Assembly: GCA_965153455.1 (NCBI GenBank)
Contig: OZ234493.1
Location: forward strand, 13,134,213 to 13,198,212
Direction: 5' to 3'
DNA: 64,000 nt
From: Sphagnum compactum
Lineage: Eukaryota
Below the pieces are notes generated by a model that saw only the letters and a program-made list of their open reading frames with translations, did no database searches and was not told the DNA's origin. Shown in pieces: positions 62,101 through 64,000 of the stretch (within the stretch, counting starts at the first letter, position 1; each line of letters starts with the position of its first letter). The position numbers and the translations under genes were made by a program.

Positions 62101-64000
62101 TATAAAAGTGAAGACAATGTTATCAAAATTCATATAATTCTACAACATTAACAACATGATTGCAAACATGATGACCAAATTGTTCCTTTGTTGTTTATAA
62201 CCATACACATTTGATGTTTGATGGGATCACTTGAACATTCACTACTACAAAAAATGAATTATTTCCTAGCAGCGTTGTTGTTAAAATGATTATGAAGTAA
62301 AATTCATTTGTTTTAAATGATTATGTTTGATTTGACTAAAATAAAAAAATCGGTATTTACATTTTGACTAGAAAAAACTAGTTGTTTAGTCAAAACAAAC
62401 ACTATGTTGCACACATGGTGTATGCAATACCCACATGATATTGTTCCACTTGATGAATGTGCTCAATGCAATTGAAATTGATTGCCTAGATATGATTGAT
62501 TGTAATGTTACTTTTGATGATGTGTTAATATTAAAACAATAATAAATCATTTAATTATTTTTATTCAAATTACTAAAAAAAAAAAAATAGAACACGAATG
62601 TCATGTTTTCATTTGTTGTTTGTAATTGTTCACATAAACATAGGATAAGGGATAATTATACTAAAATACAATAAAATGACATGTGAAAAATGGAAAAGTT
62701 CGATTCTTAAAAAATTAATGTATCAAGAAAACCTATTGTACATGAAAAATGTGAATTAATTTAATGTCTTTAAATCTGAAATTAAGAATAGTAAAAAATA
62801 AATTAAACTAATAAATTTAAGACATGTGAACTCTAATTATATAATTTTGGAAATGAAATTCATTTCATTACAAAAATTTCAAAATAAAATAAAATAAAAT
62901 AATTATATTTATTTTAAAACTAATGTAATAATTTAATGTATAAATTTTAAAGTTTTGAAGTTGAAAACATTTATAGGATTAAATTAAATGAAGATTTCGA
63001 TAGATTAATATTATTTAACAAAAGATTCAGATTAAAAAAAATATTTCATTTTGAAACTAAAATGCAATCTAAATTTTAATATAGTTTCATAGCAAAAAAA
63101 ATAAAAATAAAATAATGATATTAAAAATGTGCATGTGTAATCAATTTCATTTTGAAATTACCTTACAATATAATAAAGTTATAATGTGCAAAATTTTGAA
63201 AAATGTGTGTTTAAATATTTTGTGATAACAATTTATATCATCATGTGAGGTGGTGATTGGGTGGTAAAAATAAATTTTATTGGGTTGGAATCATGGGTGT
63301 AGTGTGTGACTATGTTTTGAATTTGTCCTTAATTCAATCCCAAAAAAATGGAATTACTATTATTACTTACTTAAATCAAATAAATTATAAAATAATATAG
63401 TATTAAATTTATTTAATTTTTAACTCAACATTTCCACATCAACTTGTAATTTCAAAGTTTTCAATAATTTCAAATAGCAATTTAAATTAGTAATTTCAAG
63501 CATTTTAATCATTTCAAATATTCATTTTTAATCATCTTGGTCAAAATTTTGGAGTAAACAACTGGTTTGTTTTAATTGAACAAACTTTTGTTGACTTTTT
63601 GTTGAGATGAAAATTTCAATTTTAAAAACCATATTATGTAACAATGATATATAAAATAATTAGTTTCATCGTACTTATATGTGCATTAATCATACACATT
63701 TTAGATGCACGACATTTATGCACAACAAATATGAATTTATGAAAGAATGATTTTTTACACAATTTTCATAACCAATTCGTAGGATGGGAAGTTTGTGATA
63801 TTGATTTCTAGATATACATGTTGATGATGTGAAAACTTGCCTTGTGACTAAACATTTAAAAAAATGTCTATACATTTATACACATATATTTAAATCATGT
63901 GAACAAGAGTAACTACAAGCTTTTAAAATCCAAGGTGATGAAAAAAAAACACGCACACTTAGATGATGTGTTGCAAAACTCTCCTTCAAAAACATACATA

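Noticed and set aside
60100..62300. Possible transposase or Zn-finger remnants on the minus strand
   Set aside because: Too decayed; no diagnostic motif could be read with confidence.

Overview
Land-plant nuclear DNA; the repeat style and intron-rich genes look bryophyte/Sphagnum-like, which is inference only. The first ~45 kb hold five spliced genes that I reconstructed exon by exon. They are an ABC1/UbiB atypical kinase (-, 774-6017), an activator-type three-repeat MYB (MYB3R; +, 13154-19206), ATP-citrate lyase subunit B (+, 27303-34723), a REVEILLE8/LCL-clade clock MYB (-, 38995-43434) and, head-to-head with it, a small two-exon protein of unknown function (+, 44179-45180). Between MYB3R and ACLB lies a decayed ~4.4-kb PIF/Harbinger transposon with TIRs and a TTA target-site duplication (TSD). 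It carries convergent transposase and Myb/trihelix pseudogenes, and a second TTA-flanked element is nested in the Myb ORF. The last ~19 kb is AT-rich with tandem repeats and transposon debris, and I found no convincing gene there. The most notable observation is that RVE intron 1 contains duplicated copies of the exon-1 3' end plus its splice donor, forming two candidate poison mini-exons. Others are GC-AG introns in MYB3R and probably ABC1K, a 35-aa repeat N-terminal extension on the ABC1 kinase, and an inverted telomeric palindrome flanked by direct repeats. No wholly new multi-gene system is demonstrable from the sequence alone.
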